The notes beneath the pieces were generated by a model. It was given only the letters and a program-made list of their open reading frames with translations, had not been told where the DNA came from and ran no database searches. A stretch of 56,764 bases of DNA, the filler included, from Sphacelaria rigidula (Eukaryota), in the NCBI GenBank assembly GCA_964200075.2. It is 7 parts of 7 records of this genome, joined end to end, with 100 filler letters (N's around TTAATTAATTAA, not from the genome) between each part and the next. Parts side by side here need not be neighbours in the genome. Positions count along the whole stretch, not along the records: positions 1 to 8,024 come from CAXNAA020012597.1; positions 8,125 to 16,148 come from CAXNAA020012598.1; 5 more parts are not named here. One strand, 5' to 3'. Below, piece after piece: positions 1 through 12,352 of the stretch. Each line of letters starts with the position of its first letter. The stretch's first letter is position 1. A program made the position numbers and the translations under genes.

Positions 1-287
1 CGAAAAAATGCACGGAGGCGATGATCGTAAATGCTGTTAGAGCTGGTTTCGTGCTTCACGGCGCGACTCATTTGGGCGTTATAGCTGATTTCGGACTGCT
101 ATACAACCCGGTCATGTGGGCGGAATCGCTGCAAACGAGCCCAATACTGGGATCGCAGCCGGTTTGTCGTACGGTCTCCCGTGCACTTTTTGTGGGGGGG
201 CTATCTCGGCATTAGTCCAAAGCGAAAAATGTGCCACCCTTTTTTTCTCCAAAAGCATAAGGGTGTACCCTTTTTTATATATTGCCC

Positions 288-450
288 AAAAATAAAGGCA
301 AGCACCGCAGAAGGAAGTTAGGGTACGAATAACAAATAAAAAAAGAAGAAAAAAAGCTCCTGGGTTGACCTTCCTCATGTGTGACCCCGGCTGATGCGCC
401 CACATATACCGAAAGGTGTAGACCGGCATCCAGAATAGATGGGACGACGA
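288..450 (+). repeat. Interspersed repeat family A, copy 1
   Basis: AAAAATAAAGGCAAGCACCGCAGAAGG...GTTGACCTTCCTC(A/C)TGTGTGACCCCGGCTGATGCGCCCA(C/T)ATATACCGAAAGGTG...AATAGATGGGACGAC is shared with 8186-8385 on another contig. Confidence 0.85.
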
Positions 451-1924
451 CACAACATTATTGCACAACAGTACCCGTAGTGATGATGGTGAAATCATTA
501 ACCCGCACGACGAACCGGCACTATGAAGAAAACTTCACCGTTACATGCGGGATAACTAAGGATCGGTCGGGGAAACCTGTCCTAGGTAAGGATTGGGGTT
601 GTACACACACGTGGAGGCGGCGCTTTTGCAACCTGAATGAAGGTATAATGTGGAACATAGGTTAAAAGGTGGGCCCTCTGTTATACTCGTGGTGGTGTAA
701 AAATACAGAAAGCGCAATGAGATACTGATCCAAGATTCCCTTCGTGGCTAGAATGACATGACTGTACTGCTGACCCAAAGCAGGGCGGTTAGCTGTAAGC
801 AGTGATCTACCAGGTGCACTTCTCGACTGCGTGATCTCAGTGTGATACCGTGGTTCATATCAAGTTGATAAATTTAGTGTTCAATGATTGACAGCACTTG
901 CGCCATGATACCGCTTGTTGGAGTTACGAAAACGTATACTGTGTTTAGATCACGGGGAATAACACCCTGGGTGACCATTTTTCAATCTGGTCTTTCTCCG
1001 GAAGCAACACCCTGAATCCCGAAACACGGAGTAATCCGAAAATCACCGACAATATATTTCCAACCGAATAAAATGCGGCAGCGTTGCCACCGCAGTTGTC
1101 GAGAAATATCAGAGTCGAATGTTCGTAAGAGGAACTTCGCCGTCACTCCACTCAGGCAACACTTCAGCATTAGATCACTCAACCAGCGCTGACTAAGTGG
1201 TCTTATGGTGAAGTTCCTCTGGCGAACATCGAAAATTTATTACTCGGGAGAGCTGTAAATCTGCGAGGTATAACAAGGGCAATTGCTGCAACAGAAAGAG
1301 GGTGATCCGCTCCAGTACTAATGTATATTGCTTGATCAATGGTCACACATCAACGGATACCTTTGTATCTTGTGGTTAAAAGATAGATGTAACAGAGGTA
1401 AATGGACGGAAGTCGTCGCTTAATTAGACTCGAAAAAGAAGGGGGGACTGAAGAAAGATGTGGAAGGAACGGAGCAATGGCAGACGCCGGATGAAAAAAA
1501 TTCGTACGGTAACCGGTCCCCGAGCAAAACTATACTACAATAGGCAACGACTAGGCAAAGATATAGCATGATGGGATACTGTGTTTGCTTTCCATAATAC
1601 GGTCTCATCTTGACTGGCGTATTTACTTCTACGCGAAAGCTAGAAAAAATGCGTCTGCGAGAAGAGAAAAACCGACGTACGTACTCAGGGAAATCAAGAT
1701 GGCATCTATGTTAATTGATGACTATTTGCTAGATGTGGGTATCCGTATCTCAGTGGGTCCTTCCTTCTTTTTTTTACTCGGCCTTGCACATCTCCAAGAT
1801 TCGCCGCGTTGCATGGCTAGACGTGAAGCCTGGTCATTATCCCCCCCTTGTATTTTGTAGTTGCTTATCGTGATACAACTTCTTCGATTCAGCAGTTCCA
1901 TTTCTTCCCGACATCTACTTTTAA

Positions 1925-2195
1925 CCTCTTCCCTGCCTCGGGACGAGGCTTAAGAGATCAACTCACCTCTCCCCCGGTACCTACCCGGCGATTTTTTGTC
2001 GAGGATTGGAGCAGGACCAACATTCCCGCACCCCGTCAACTCTCGTCGATTTTTTCCTATTGGCGTCATCCTGCTTTTCAACGACCCGAACGAGATCGCT
2101 CAAAAAAATCACATGTGTCTGTCGGGATCCGAACCTGCAACTTTTCGTTATAACTGACTGTTGGTATTTTTAGTTACACCACCAGCGCGCGGTAG
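1925..2195 (-). mobile_element. Putative tRNA-derived SINE (degenerate)
   Basis: The minus strand has a head CGCGCTGGTGGTGTA and a B-box-like GGTTCGGATCC. The body block CCTCGGGACGAG...GATCAACTCAC...CCGGTAC is shared with 5088-5405, about 2715-2780 and 55275-55350. Boundaries are approximate. Confidence 0.5.
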
Positions 2196-3821
2196 TTGTA
2201 GGACATCAAACATGACAAAGAGACAATCAGCCCTCTATAGATGGGATAGGCGAGGCCGAATGCCCCATCAATGTGCGCACATGCTCGTTTCTTCTGCATC
2301 TCATCGCATCTGACCACCGCTTCGACTACGCCCAGATCGTAGGAAGCGATAACGCCGACATCGGGAAACAGGCACGCGAGCAAAGCGGTGAGACACAGCA
2401 GGCGACACACAGCAGACATCACAGGAAGATCAGGGCTGAGGTTAAGGATGGCTGCAGGAAAGAGAGATGATGGGCAGGAAACTAGAAGGAAAAAGCGCCG
2501 AGAGAAGGATGGTGACGCATCTGCTGTAGGAGAGAAGGACAGCGACACATACATTGATGAGCCGGAAGAGCGGCCGCGAGTTTTTGTCCTACCGGGGGAT
2601 GATACAGGGAAAGGTATCGAGTACGGAATCATGAACAAGACATCTTGGAAAACTCTCCAGGAATACTGCGAGGTTGGTGTTGTTACTTGATTACTGTCAC
2701 GGGGGGTCTTCTTTTCATCTCTCCTCCCTCAGGACGAGTCCACAGTGCCAAGGGATCGACTCGTCCATCACCCGGCGTTTCTCTCGCACTTTTTTTATCG
2801 AGTATTTATTTCCTTAGCGTGGATGTTCCTCAAACTCGACGATTTTTAACGACTCTCGTTCTCATGTTTTCGGACGCTAGAAGCCATCAAGAACACTCAA
2901 TATCCTGCTATTATGGGGCTTCCAGGTTGAAAAATCCTTGCGAAGTAGTAGTAACGTGTGGCCCCGTGACGAGACAGTGGAATTTTGTGCAGAATGGTAT
3001 GGTTTTCCGCAACCTCCACGTACACAGCGATCGAATCACGGAAACAGGCTCACCATCCACTGCCAGCGCTCATCCCGACAGTACGAGGTCGTGATTTTGT
3101 CGGCAGCCCATCTTCTGCCACGAGATATGCGTATCGCCGTGCACAATGTGTGGGCGATACAACCCGTTGCCGATAGAACCCGTTGCTGGCTGTGTGATTT
3201 GGACAAGAATGCGCGTTTTTCGGCGACAAATGGTTTAGCGTCGATACGATCGCGACGGTCATTCCAACGGCGACGGTGAGAACTTGCACCGAGCGTTGGA
3301 CGGGTTTCAGTGATTCGACCGCTATCTAGAAGGAACTTGCGGAAAATGGTCAATCCTGCTCATAAGAGCCGTGTTCATTCGACAAGACCGCAAGTTCAGT
3401 GTTGATACTGCTGGTTGTACTACAAGCGCGGATGTAATATTTCACGAATTACAGCAGCTGTTGTGTAGTACTGGTGCGGTCGATACTACGTTTTGGCGCA
3501 ATTTCGACCGACTTTTTAATTTCGCGAGCGTTTCCGTTTTGTTTATCTTGCATACGCCCATCTTGTGGAAAATGACCAAGGCAAGGCTGCATGGTGATTC
3601 TCGGGGATAAGCTGATGTATGGCGAACAATCAAGCAACCAAGCAATCAAACAAACACGATATTCGGCACATGGCAGGGTGATGGAACGATATGTGACCTC
3701 ATACATTTTTCAAAATCTCTACAAACGTATTTCTTCTTGCGGTTTTCCTGACCAGTGTGTGTTGTACATCGAAATACCCTATGCGTCACATTCGACATCG
3801 GAATATGCCGGACGGGCTTAC

Positions 3822-3918
3822 CCCTTTGACCACCAGCACAGGTTGTGTGCTAAATTGGAATCAAACTCTCTTCGAAATTACTGCATGACTCAGACTACCT
3901 ACCCTCGCGGCCAAAGAG
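3822..3918. mobile_element. ~100-bp piggyBac-like MITE, copy 1
   Basis: Ends CCCTTTGACC...CCCTCGCGGCCAAAGAG, with TTAC on both sides (4-bp TSD). Related to 27596-27694, 30960-31066 and 31071-31168. Confidence 0.55.
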
Positions 3919-4131
3919 TTACCGCAATTGATTAGCCGAAATACTCTCCCGACAGGCCGGCTTCCTCCCCTCTAATGTAGGAACTAGCTATGTTCTGGTT
4001 CTCATGACGGACATCGCTGCCTAGCCTACACAGTATATCTCACCCCTGAAAATTCAGGGTTCTCGCCAGGTCTAGTTGAAGGCACATCCATTCGTGACGC
4101 TCGCAGTTGTTGCTTCTCATTTGATTACCAG

Positions 4132-4323
4132 CATCCGCATCCCACGTCCTGCTGTTGTCTATCCACACAACGGCTGTTTTGGGTACCTCCGTACCAGAAA
4201 TGGGGTATCAAGCAGGCGCACCTGGATTCCATCTACACGCGCTTCGAGCGTACGATTATTCGCACCGAGCACTTGGACTTTACCGCAAAGCCGCAGTTTC
4301 ACGTCAGCTTGGACTTCTTTGCG
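4132..4323 (+). CDS. Possible internal exon of an unidentified gene (…RLFWVPPYQKWGIKQAHLDSIYTRFERTIIRTEHLDFTAKPQFHVSLDFFA)
   Basis: Pyrimidine-rich tract plus CAG acceptor before 4132, an open 192-nt phase-0 frame with protein-like composition, and a GCG|GTGAGG donor. No homology recognised. Confidence 0.3.
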
Positions 4324-5087
4324 GTGAGGCAAATAGATCGAACAGTCACTTTTGCGATTTTATCCTTTGGGAACCCCTCGCTTTCCGTCCCCGGGTTAGA
4401 CCCCTCTTTATTACAAGCCCTGACAAAGAAGAAAATGACGGGAGCAGAAAAGACCGACGGCAAACACTTTTACGGCGGAAGGCCACAGAAGAATCCAGCA
4501 GCATACGTCAGGTGCGCACCAAAAATGTCACCCCGGTGCGGTCGGAATAGTTTTGTCCAGTGAGGGGACGCAACGGGTCAAGTTTGTTCAACTTTGTGCA
4601 CACAGCCTAAATTAGCACTTGCGTTTCTGAAGTATATGCAAACAAAAACGGGCACCACCTGTCTATTTTTATTCACTGAGTTCCGTGCTGCACTGGGGCA
4701 CATTTTAATACGGGTCTGAAAAACACGCCTCGGGCCAATAGTTTTGCGTGAAAGCTGTCAAAACTCAACCATATGTCGTTCAGAAGACAGCACCTCGAAA
4801 TCCACGCTTTTCCATCGCCAGTGCCAAAAGCGTGAAGGTAAACCAAACCATCCTTGGCTGGAAAATAACCAAGGCTTACCCGCGAACCGTTCGTTGGGAA
4901 ATTATTATATACGTTTTTGTACCTGGTTTTCGCGGTATTACTGTGACACACGATGTTTGGTTGGCCTGTACATTGCGGTACATGCGGTGCAGGATTTTGT
5001 CATCGTGGATTCTACGGTACCTGTACATTGCGGTCGGTCGGCGGCTGGGTGGTATGATACGGACGAATGCGGTACCTTTTTTTTATG

Positions 5088-5405
5088 TGTCGCACTTTGA
5101 CCCCCTCCCCTTCCTCGGGGCGAGTCCGTGGTCTCAAGGGATAAACCCATCTCTCTCCGGTACACGCCTTGCATTTTGGTCTTGCGGATTGGAATATGAC
5201 CATCAGCACTCCCGCACCGCGTCTACTGTCGTCAAACAAATTCAGCCAACTATTTTTTGTTTACTCACGTACTAGTGCTCTCGACAGTGGAAATCGGATA
5301 CTTCGAAGAAAAACCCAACGCATCGGGATTCGAACCCTCGTTCTCTCCACCTCAATGGTGACAATCGGACCATTTTAATTTACAGCACCAGGGCGCGACG
5401 GCACC
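5088..5405 (-). mobile_element. Putative tRNA-derived SINE
   Basis: Minus strand reads CGCGCCCTGGTGCTGTA...GGGTTCGAATCCC (Pol III B-box consensus GGTTCGANTCC), followed by the same body block as 1925-2195 and 55275-55350. No tRNA cloverleaf is evident. Confidence 0.55.
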
Positions 5406-5924
5406 TACGCGGGGAAATAAAGCTATCGCGGATACTAATTGCGGGAATCTAAAAGTGCGGCATCCTGTCACGAGAAATCGCAGTAGATAGCGTACGCTGC
5501 ACTGTATGTGAGTGTTCATCCAGGCGTTTACATTTTCAATGAACGAATGTACTTCGACCCCGATGGTCATCGCGCAGACACATTCTGAAGTAGTATGACG
5601 AAAAATCAAGCGCGGTACGAATATCCGTCAAGTCTTTCGGTTCGTACTGTTTTTCAATAATGAAATTGTTGTTGTTGTTGTTGTTGTTGTGGTCTTCACA
5701 TTAAAAAACGTTCTGATATCTGCGCAGTACTCTGTACTTGGCATCTGATGCGGACGCCTTCCGTGGTCACAGGCTAACTACCCCAAGCTATCAATAGGGT
5801 CAAGTTGAAGATCAAAAATGAAAAAAGTACAACCATTAGTGGCTGATGCCGCGATATCATGACAAAATCTACAAGCAATCACAATGAAAAAGACCGAGCA
5901 CACCGAGTAGGTGAAAATTACCAT

Positions 5925-6085
5925 GATTGGGATCATTTTCGCCAATGTCATATGAGGCGCCTCATGCAGTCTGACACGAGCTGTCATGCGCTGTGTGGCC
6001 ATTTTCTTTATGTCATTGGAGCTGATTGGAGGTGTAGTCATTGTCTTGCATGCCATAGTTGGCTGGTTTGGGGGGGGGGGGGGGC
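5925..6085 (+). repeat. Interspersed repeat family B ending in a G-tract, copy 1
   Basis: GGGATC...GCCAATGTC...CATGCAGTCTGA...CATGCGCTGTGTGGCCATTTTC...TTTGGGGGG is shared with 23843-23970. Confidence 0.75.
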
Positions 6086-6169
6086 CAACGGGCCCCCCCC
6101 CTCATTTTTACCCGAAGGGGAAAAAAAGGGGGGAGAACAAGCAANNNNNNNNNNGGGGTTGGTGGTCGT

Positions 6170-6208
<39 letters not shown>

Positions 6209-8024
6209 ATCGCGACATCCCTCTAATATTAATCCGAAGTGCAAAAGAAAGGAGAAGAAAATGCAAGTAAATCCAACGGCGATCGCAGCAAAACAAGGCA
6301 CCACCGAAAAATCGCGTGTGGAGAGTGCAATACAACCGAAATATCAAATACGTACGACAACTGAGACAAGCAAAAATTGTGTGGATTAAAAAATATTCGA
6401 CTACACAAAATACACAAGCAACAGCTGTCAAGATTTGAAAAACATCGAAAGCCTCATTCGCGGAAACAACAAGCGGCAAACACGGTCGGAAAAACATCCA
6501 GGCTTACCTGTCTCACGCCGCTAAAAACGGACGGCGGCATCGTACATTCTTCCACCGCTACCACATCACATAGGTGTACTCCGGAGCACCAAAATATCAC
6601 GCTCTGCTAGGGGGGCATCAAGATCGCATTTGTGAAACCACTTCACGGTAACAGCTGTTGGACACATGCGGATCAATTACAGTCATCAGTAAAAACTGGA
6701 CAACTGGCGCCTCAGACGCCAGCGGCGGTGAAGCCGCCCCGCGATTTCGCCGGCGTCGCCTGGTAAGGCAACGCGGCGGAGTCACGCTGATACATACTCC
6801 CCCGAACCCCGCTGGTGAGAACTCCCTGCCGGAGGCGAGAAAGTACACAATTTGGTTTCACAGCTATTCCAAATTGTGTTGAAATATAGCCAGAAAGCAA
6901 CGGCACTCGAGCACGCAATCGGTACAAAAAACGGCATGGAGTATGAAGAAAATCGAACATGTGACTAAATTTTGTCACTTGCGTTTAAAAAGAGGGGAGC
7001 GGAATTGCACCGTAAACGTTCCGCGCGCGGTGTATACAACAGAATATGACAAAAGCACCTATAGAAACTACACAAGCGCGAGGGCGCGACACGACTGAAG
7101 CATTACCACAATGTACGAAGAACTCCTTGGAACATTGCGCATATATCGAGAGAAGTAACAGGCTCAACTGGAAGTGAAACAGGTGCGTTAATCAGTTATT
7201 CCGGTCAACTGCAACTGACCGGTTAAATTGGTGGCGGTTGAAAACTCTCCGGGTGGGTGGGGATAATATTGTTTGGTCATCTGCGGCTCTCTGCAGATTT
7301 TCTTTCGTTTTTGTTTTCACATTTGGTTACAAACGCAGAGTGTTCCGTTGGTCATGGAGTAGATTCCCATATACACGTTCAAAACTAAATCACCTCTTTA
7401 TCCTATATATACACGCCAAAAGAACGATACGCACATACACTTCAAAACGGCCCTCTATACAACATGTCCACATTAGAATTATGATGCCACCAATACCACT
7501 CGAAGGTATGCCTTACTGAAAGGAAGGCCAGAATACAGCCGTGCGGAGTGTCGTCAGTTCGTCTCTTCACTAACCCTGCTGCACAAAAATCAACCGATCA
7601 CAGCATCACACAAAAATCAAGTAGTAATTGGAATCAATACTAAACTGTAGTAGCTGGCGAATCCATACTGAAATCAAGTAGCCAGTGCAGGTCTGCCGCC
7701 CCGTACAAACCCCGTCCCCCACTTTTTTTTCCCTGCTTTTATGAGCTTTTGGGGGTGATATCAGGCAGTTTCCGAATCGTTTTTTTTGTTTTCAGCGTGA
7801 CTTTAAAAGGAGAGAAAAAATGCACGAGAGGGATTCGAGACGCTGTCCGTGACATGGTGAGGACAGACGCCGTGCGCACCCTCCGAGGCACGCTTCATAA
7901 CAGACGCGGGACACCACACGGGATTTCAATTACGGTATTTGTACACCACGGGACGGTACGGGTGATCTGCGGTACGTTCAGTATGGTACGAGGGAATCGT
8001 GGTACAGTACTAACAGTGTTTTCG

Positions 8025-8124
8025 NNNNNNNNNNNNNNNNNNNNNNNNNNNNNNNNNNNNNNNNNNNNTTAATTAATTAANNNNNNNNNNNNNNNNNNNN
8101 NNNNNNNNNNNNNNNNNNNNNNNN
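8025..8124. other. Artificial contig spacer (44N-TTAATTAATTAA-44N)
   Basis: The same 100-nt spacer recurs every 8123-8124 nt. TTAATTAATTAA places stop codons in all six frames. Confidence 0.98.
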
Positions 8125-8185
8125 CTTTGCTGGCCCAGCCTGCACGGTCGACGAGGAAAAGGGACTTCTGAACCCCTCTCGCGAT

Positions 8186-8385
8186 AAAAAATAAAGGCAA
8201 GCACCGCAGAAGGGAGGTGGAGTACTAAAAATAACCAAACAAAAAACACTCCTATGTTGACCTTCCTCCTGTGTGACCCCGGCTGATGCGCCCATATATA
8301 CCGAAAGGTGACGACAACACACACACTACACGAAGTTCGGACATGTGTGCCTTGAAACCAACCCCCAAAATAGATGGGACGACAA
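8186..8385 (+). repeat. Interspersed repeat family A, copy 2
   Basis: Matches 288-450. Confidence 0.85.
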
Positions 8386-9299
8386 CGTACACAGACTGTA
8401 GTTCAGCATAAAGTTACCATCGCACCAAGATACGGCGTCAACACTTCTTATCCGCTTGTCAAACCCCGTGCGAAGCGCAGCTCTGCAAGTACAGACATTT
8501 CAGCAGTACAAGGTCGCACCTGTACAGTCTCCATTTGTCACCGTGGAAGCCGAGATACGTCTCCACCGCCCGCGGACGTTGCGACCAGAAGCGCCCGTAC
8601 GTTCACTGTTTGTCGACAGTCGACACACGGAGAGTAGTTCGAATCAATCAGATCACATACTTTAACACCCCCTCCCATCTCAGCCACGGACGGCGTCGGT
8701 AAACACAAGCGAAGACAAAGAAGAAAGCAGCAATAATGCTGAACCTTCTTGAGGGGTTTTTAAGTGATTCGGAGAGCCGGTTGCTGTGTGTGATGCCTCC
8801 AACCCCCAAAAGTGCCTCGTTTGAAGTTGCGACAGTCAAGTCTGAGAAGTTGACTCAAGACCAGCGCCGATCAAAAGGGGTCGAGCTGAGCTGCTTTTGA
8901 GACCGCTCACAGACAGAAGCGAAACACAACGCCATGAGCACCAATAGAGCTGAAACGCTTTGAGGGCATCTCGATTGATGTTAGAAGAGCGATGGAGTGG
9001 TTTTTTCGCGCAGCGCGGCTTCGAATCCATTCGAGAAAAAAACGTGCGTGGTTCTCGCCTCCGTTGTGAGAGCGGACGGATAGGGTAGGATAGGACAGGA
9101 CAGGACACTTTGTGAATTTCGGTCCAGTAGAACCCTTTTCGGCCTAGGGCCTCAAAGGAATAACATGCATAATGAACAGCGTTTTCATGAGATAGAGAGT
9201 TTTGCGTGGATTGAGAGTTTGTTTTACTTTCGCCCACCTGACCATTTCTCGTTCCGCGTATGCTTCTCGTTCTCAAACGCTGTCGTGTGCTTACAGCTA

Positions 9300-10470
9300 C
9301 ACACGTGGACAAATAGCACCCTGTAGAACGAGCTGCGCAGGGTTCTCCACAGCCTTTGTGAAAACCCCTGTGCAGCATTTGCAAACCCTAGTACCTGTAA
9401 TAGCATTTTGCATAGCGTTTTTGTCGAAACCCTGCGAGCAACCCTGTGGAGAGGCCTTCCCAATTTCGAAAATTCCAAACTATTTCGGTGTAAAACCTGT
9501 AAATTTATCTCGGACAGCAGGAGAAGCTATTCAAAATAGATCCTTATTTCGCCCATTTAAATTGGGGAAATAAAGGGATCTATTTCGAACAGCTTATTCT
9601 GCTGCGCAAATCCCATGCACACTGGCAGAGTTGGAATTAGAACAGCAGAAGAAGCTCAAAATAAATCTTCACTTTGCCCTCCAATTTCATTCGGAAATTG
9701 GGGAGAAAGAGAGTAATTGCGAGCAGCGTCAGCTGTGCATATCCCGCATACTGCACCGTTACTAGCGTATGGGATCATATACGCAACAAACGGTGTTGAG
9801 AGCAATTCATCCTATAGCCCGAAAGGATGGATATTTCTCAACAGCTTTCGCTGAGTAGAGATCCCATACATTGGGTACGTGTGTATGTCCACACCTGTGC
9901 TTCAAGCACAAACTTGGCGTGATAAGATGCTAGAGGAACGGTATATACCTCACACATGAGTGTATATTGCTTTTGAAAACCCCATGGTGCGCAGTCCACC
10001 AAAATCATTCAACCGAGTAGCCTGTTGTTTATAGAGCTTTCTGCTTGATAGTTAATGGAAGCACAAAATATTTTACATGTGATAACAAGCCTGGTAGCTC
10101 ATTATGCACACTGACGTACTCCAAAGCACACAATCGTGAGTTCGGGTCCCGCTGCTATAATTTCTTGACCGTTTTTTCTACCAGCACCATGCCTATGCTG
10201 TAGGGAGTATTTTGTATGTGCGCTGCAAAAACTGTACAGCATATTAATTCTACACGGAGTGACGAAACCCTGTGAAGCACCCTGTGTGGCACAAAATAAT
10301 ACCCTACAGTCAAATCCTCGCGAGAAACCCTGCACAATTTCCCTGAAACCCTGTGAAGCGTCCTGTGGGGCGCAAAAAAACAAACTACAGCCAGATCCCC
10401 GCGAGAAACACTGCACAGTTTCCTTGAACCCTGTAGACGTGCCCCACAGGGTGCTATTTGTCCACGTGTG
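9300..10470. mobile_element. Non-autonomous TIR DNA transposon (1171 bp, TA TSD)
   Basis: Perfect TIRs CACACGTGGACAAATAGCACCCTGT / ACAGGGTGCTATTTGTCCACGTGTG, with TA on both sides. Many subterminal (A)ACCCTG(T/C) motifs. A paralogous empty site lies at 29361-29362. Confidence 0.92.
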
Positions 10471-10928
10471 TACACGTTGATATCCTACACAGGGATATCA
10501 AAGGCTCCAGTGGCAAGCTACTACAGAAGGCATATCGGGCCTCCAATGAGGCCCGGAGAGGCAAATCGGAACTGAAACTATTACTTCATTTACTAGTTGA
10601 CAGCTTCTCCGTCTCAATCGTGCCCTAGACTCTCGATTTGGTGGAAACATGGTTAACAGCGTCCATACCCCCCTACAATAAAAAGCAGCGAGACCTGCTT
10701 TTTCCACGAAACACTCAAATGAACCAACGACGGAATTCCGGCGCAGGCACCATCATGATTATACAAGAAGAGCTCTAGACTGTCGCAACGAGACGCACGA
10801 AAACGGGGCAGCTGCGCTGCATGTGAATATAACCACCAAACGCTTCAAGGAAAACTGGCGCTGAGCTGCAGATCGGCGTGCAGAGTGCATCTCATCACAA
10901 CAGCTAACTCGCGTTCGTGTTGATAACA

Positions 10929-11210
10929 CTAACGGGAGGGAAACGGAGCCGAAACTGCCAGCTCCATCTTAATGCCTTCCTCTTCCCCATGAAATACCAC
11001 TGAGCAAGCATCCACATCAGCGTCTTCTGCCCGAAGGTGTTCACGAACCGTTGACGGCGTCCTACAAATGCGTTTCTCTGCTCTTCCATGACAACCATCG
11101 TTGGAGCTATTGCCTATCCTGCTGTTTCCACCCTTATCAGAGCAGGTGGCCAACCGAACCCTTCTTGGCAAGCCCTGCCGGGGACGCTGAAGGGGCACAG
11201 ACTCTTGCAT
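10929..11210 (-). pseudogene. Probable frameshifted C-terminal tail of the EsV-1-7 gene
   Basis: ORF overlaps the preceding stop (TAATG). It has basic clusters and ends …EEEGIKMELAVSAPFPSR, containing a psi-K-x-E motif. The link to the array is inference. Confidence 0.35.
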
Positions 11211-12352
11211 TACAACCCTCGTGTGGAGCCTCGTTGTCCGTGGTCCTCCTTCAGCACCCTTGGCGGGCCGTGACGGCGCGTTACACTTCCGGAACTTGAG
11301 AGCAAAACAGAGGCGAACCCGACATCACCTGCACCGCCATCGCGACTGGAATGGTTGAGTTGTCCGTCCTGTGTAGAAATGTTATCGAAGATGTCTTCCT
11401 GTTGCTCACGCTTGGTTGCAAAATATACATCATTCATATTGTGGTGTACAGCATGTTGGCTTACCCTGTCCAGTACAACGACATCAAAGCTGTACACACG
11501 CCGATTCGAGCAGCCGTTGTTGCCGCACTTCTTGCTCACCACCATCCCCATCATGTCGCGCTCGACGAATAACTCGGCCTCCCGGCTTCCCGCTACACCG
11601 GACGATGGATATTTTGAGCAGCCCTCGTTGGCACGTTTTTTACTCGTTACATCGTTCAGCCCTGCCCTCTCGTGATCGACATACAATCCCACCTTACGGC
11701 CTTTCGCTACACCGTACGATGAATGTTTGAAGCCGCCCTCATTATCGCACCTCTCGCTCGTCACTTCAATTTTCTCCGCCCTCGTGTGCTTGGCATAGAA
11801 CTTCGCGCCCATGCTTTTCGCTGCACCGTACGATGTTCCTTTGGTGCAGTGCTCGTCGCTGCACTTTTTCTTCGCTGTATTGACCATACCAGGCCTGGCG
11901 CGGTCGGCACAGAACTCCACCGACCGGCCGTCTGCTACCTCAAACGATAGTCGCATGGAGCAGCCCTCGTTGTCGCAGTTCTTGTCCACGACATCGATCA
12001 TCCCCGCCCTGGCATCGTGCCCGCAGACCTCCGCATTTGGGCTTTTCGCTATGCGGTACGATTGCCTCCTGGAGCAGTTCTCGTGACTGCAACACTCCCT
12101 GGCTACATCGACCATCCCCGCCCTCGCGTTTTCGGCACATGACACCGCACTCCGGTTTCTCCCTACACCGTACGATGGTTGTTTGGAGCCTTTATTGCCA
12201 CACTCTTCTTTGGCTTTAGTAACCATCCCTGCCCTTGCGTGTTCGGCACAGAACTCCGACTTCCGGCTTCCTGCTACACCATACGCTGGTTTCTTGGAGC
12301 AGCGCTCATTCCCACATGTCTTGTCCACTACATCGACCATCCCCACGCTGAA
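11210..12352 (-). pseudogene. In-frame continuation of the EsV-1-7 array beyond the TAG (~8 increasingly degenerate units plus a low-complexity tail)
   Basis: Same frame as 12353-14503 (…FCTK*FSVGMVDVVDKTCGNERC…). Later units lose Cys/His ligands. Confidence 0.75.

Noticed and set aside
5859-6389. Gly-rich and Pro-rich ORFs
   Set aside because: They are translations of poly(G) tracts around a 10-N gap (6145-6154), in low-quality sequence.
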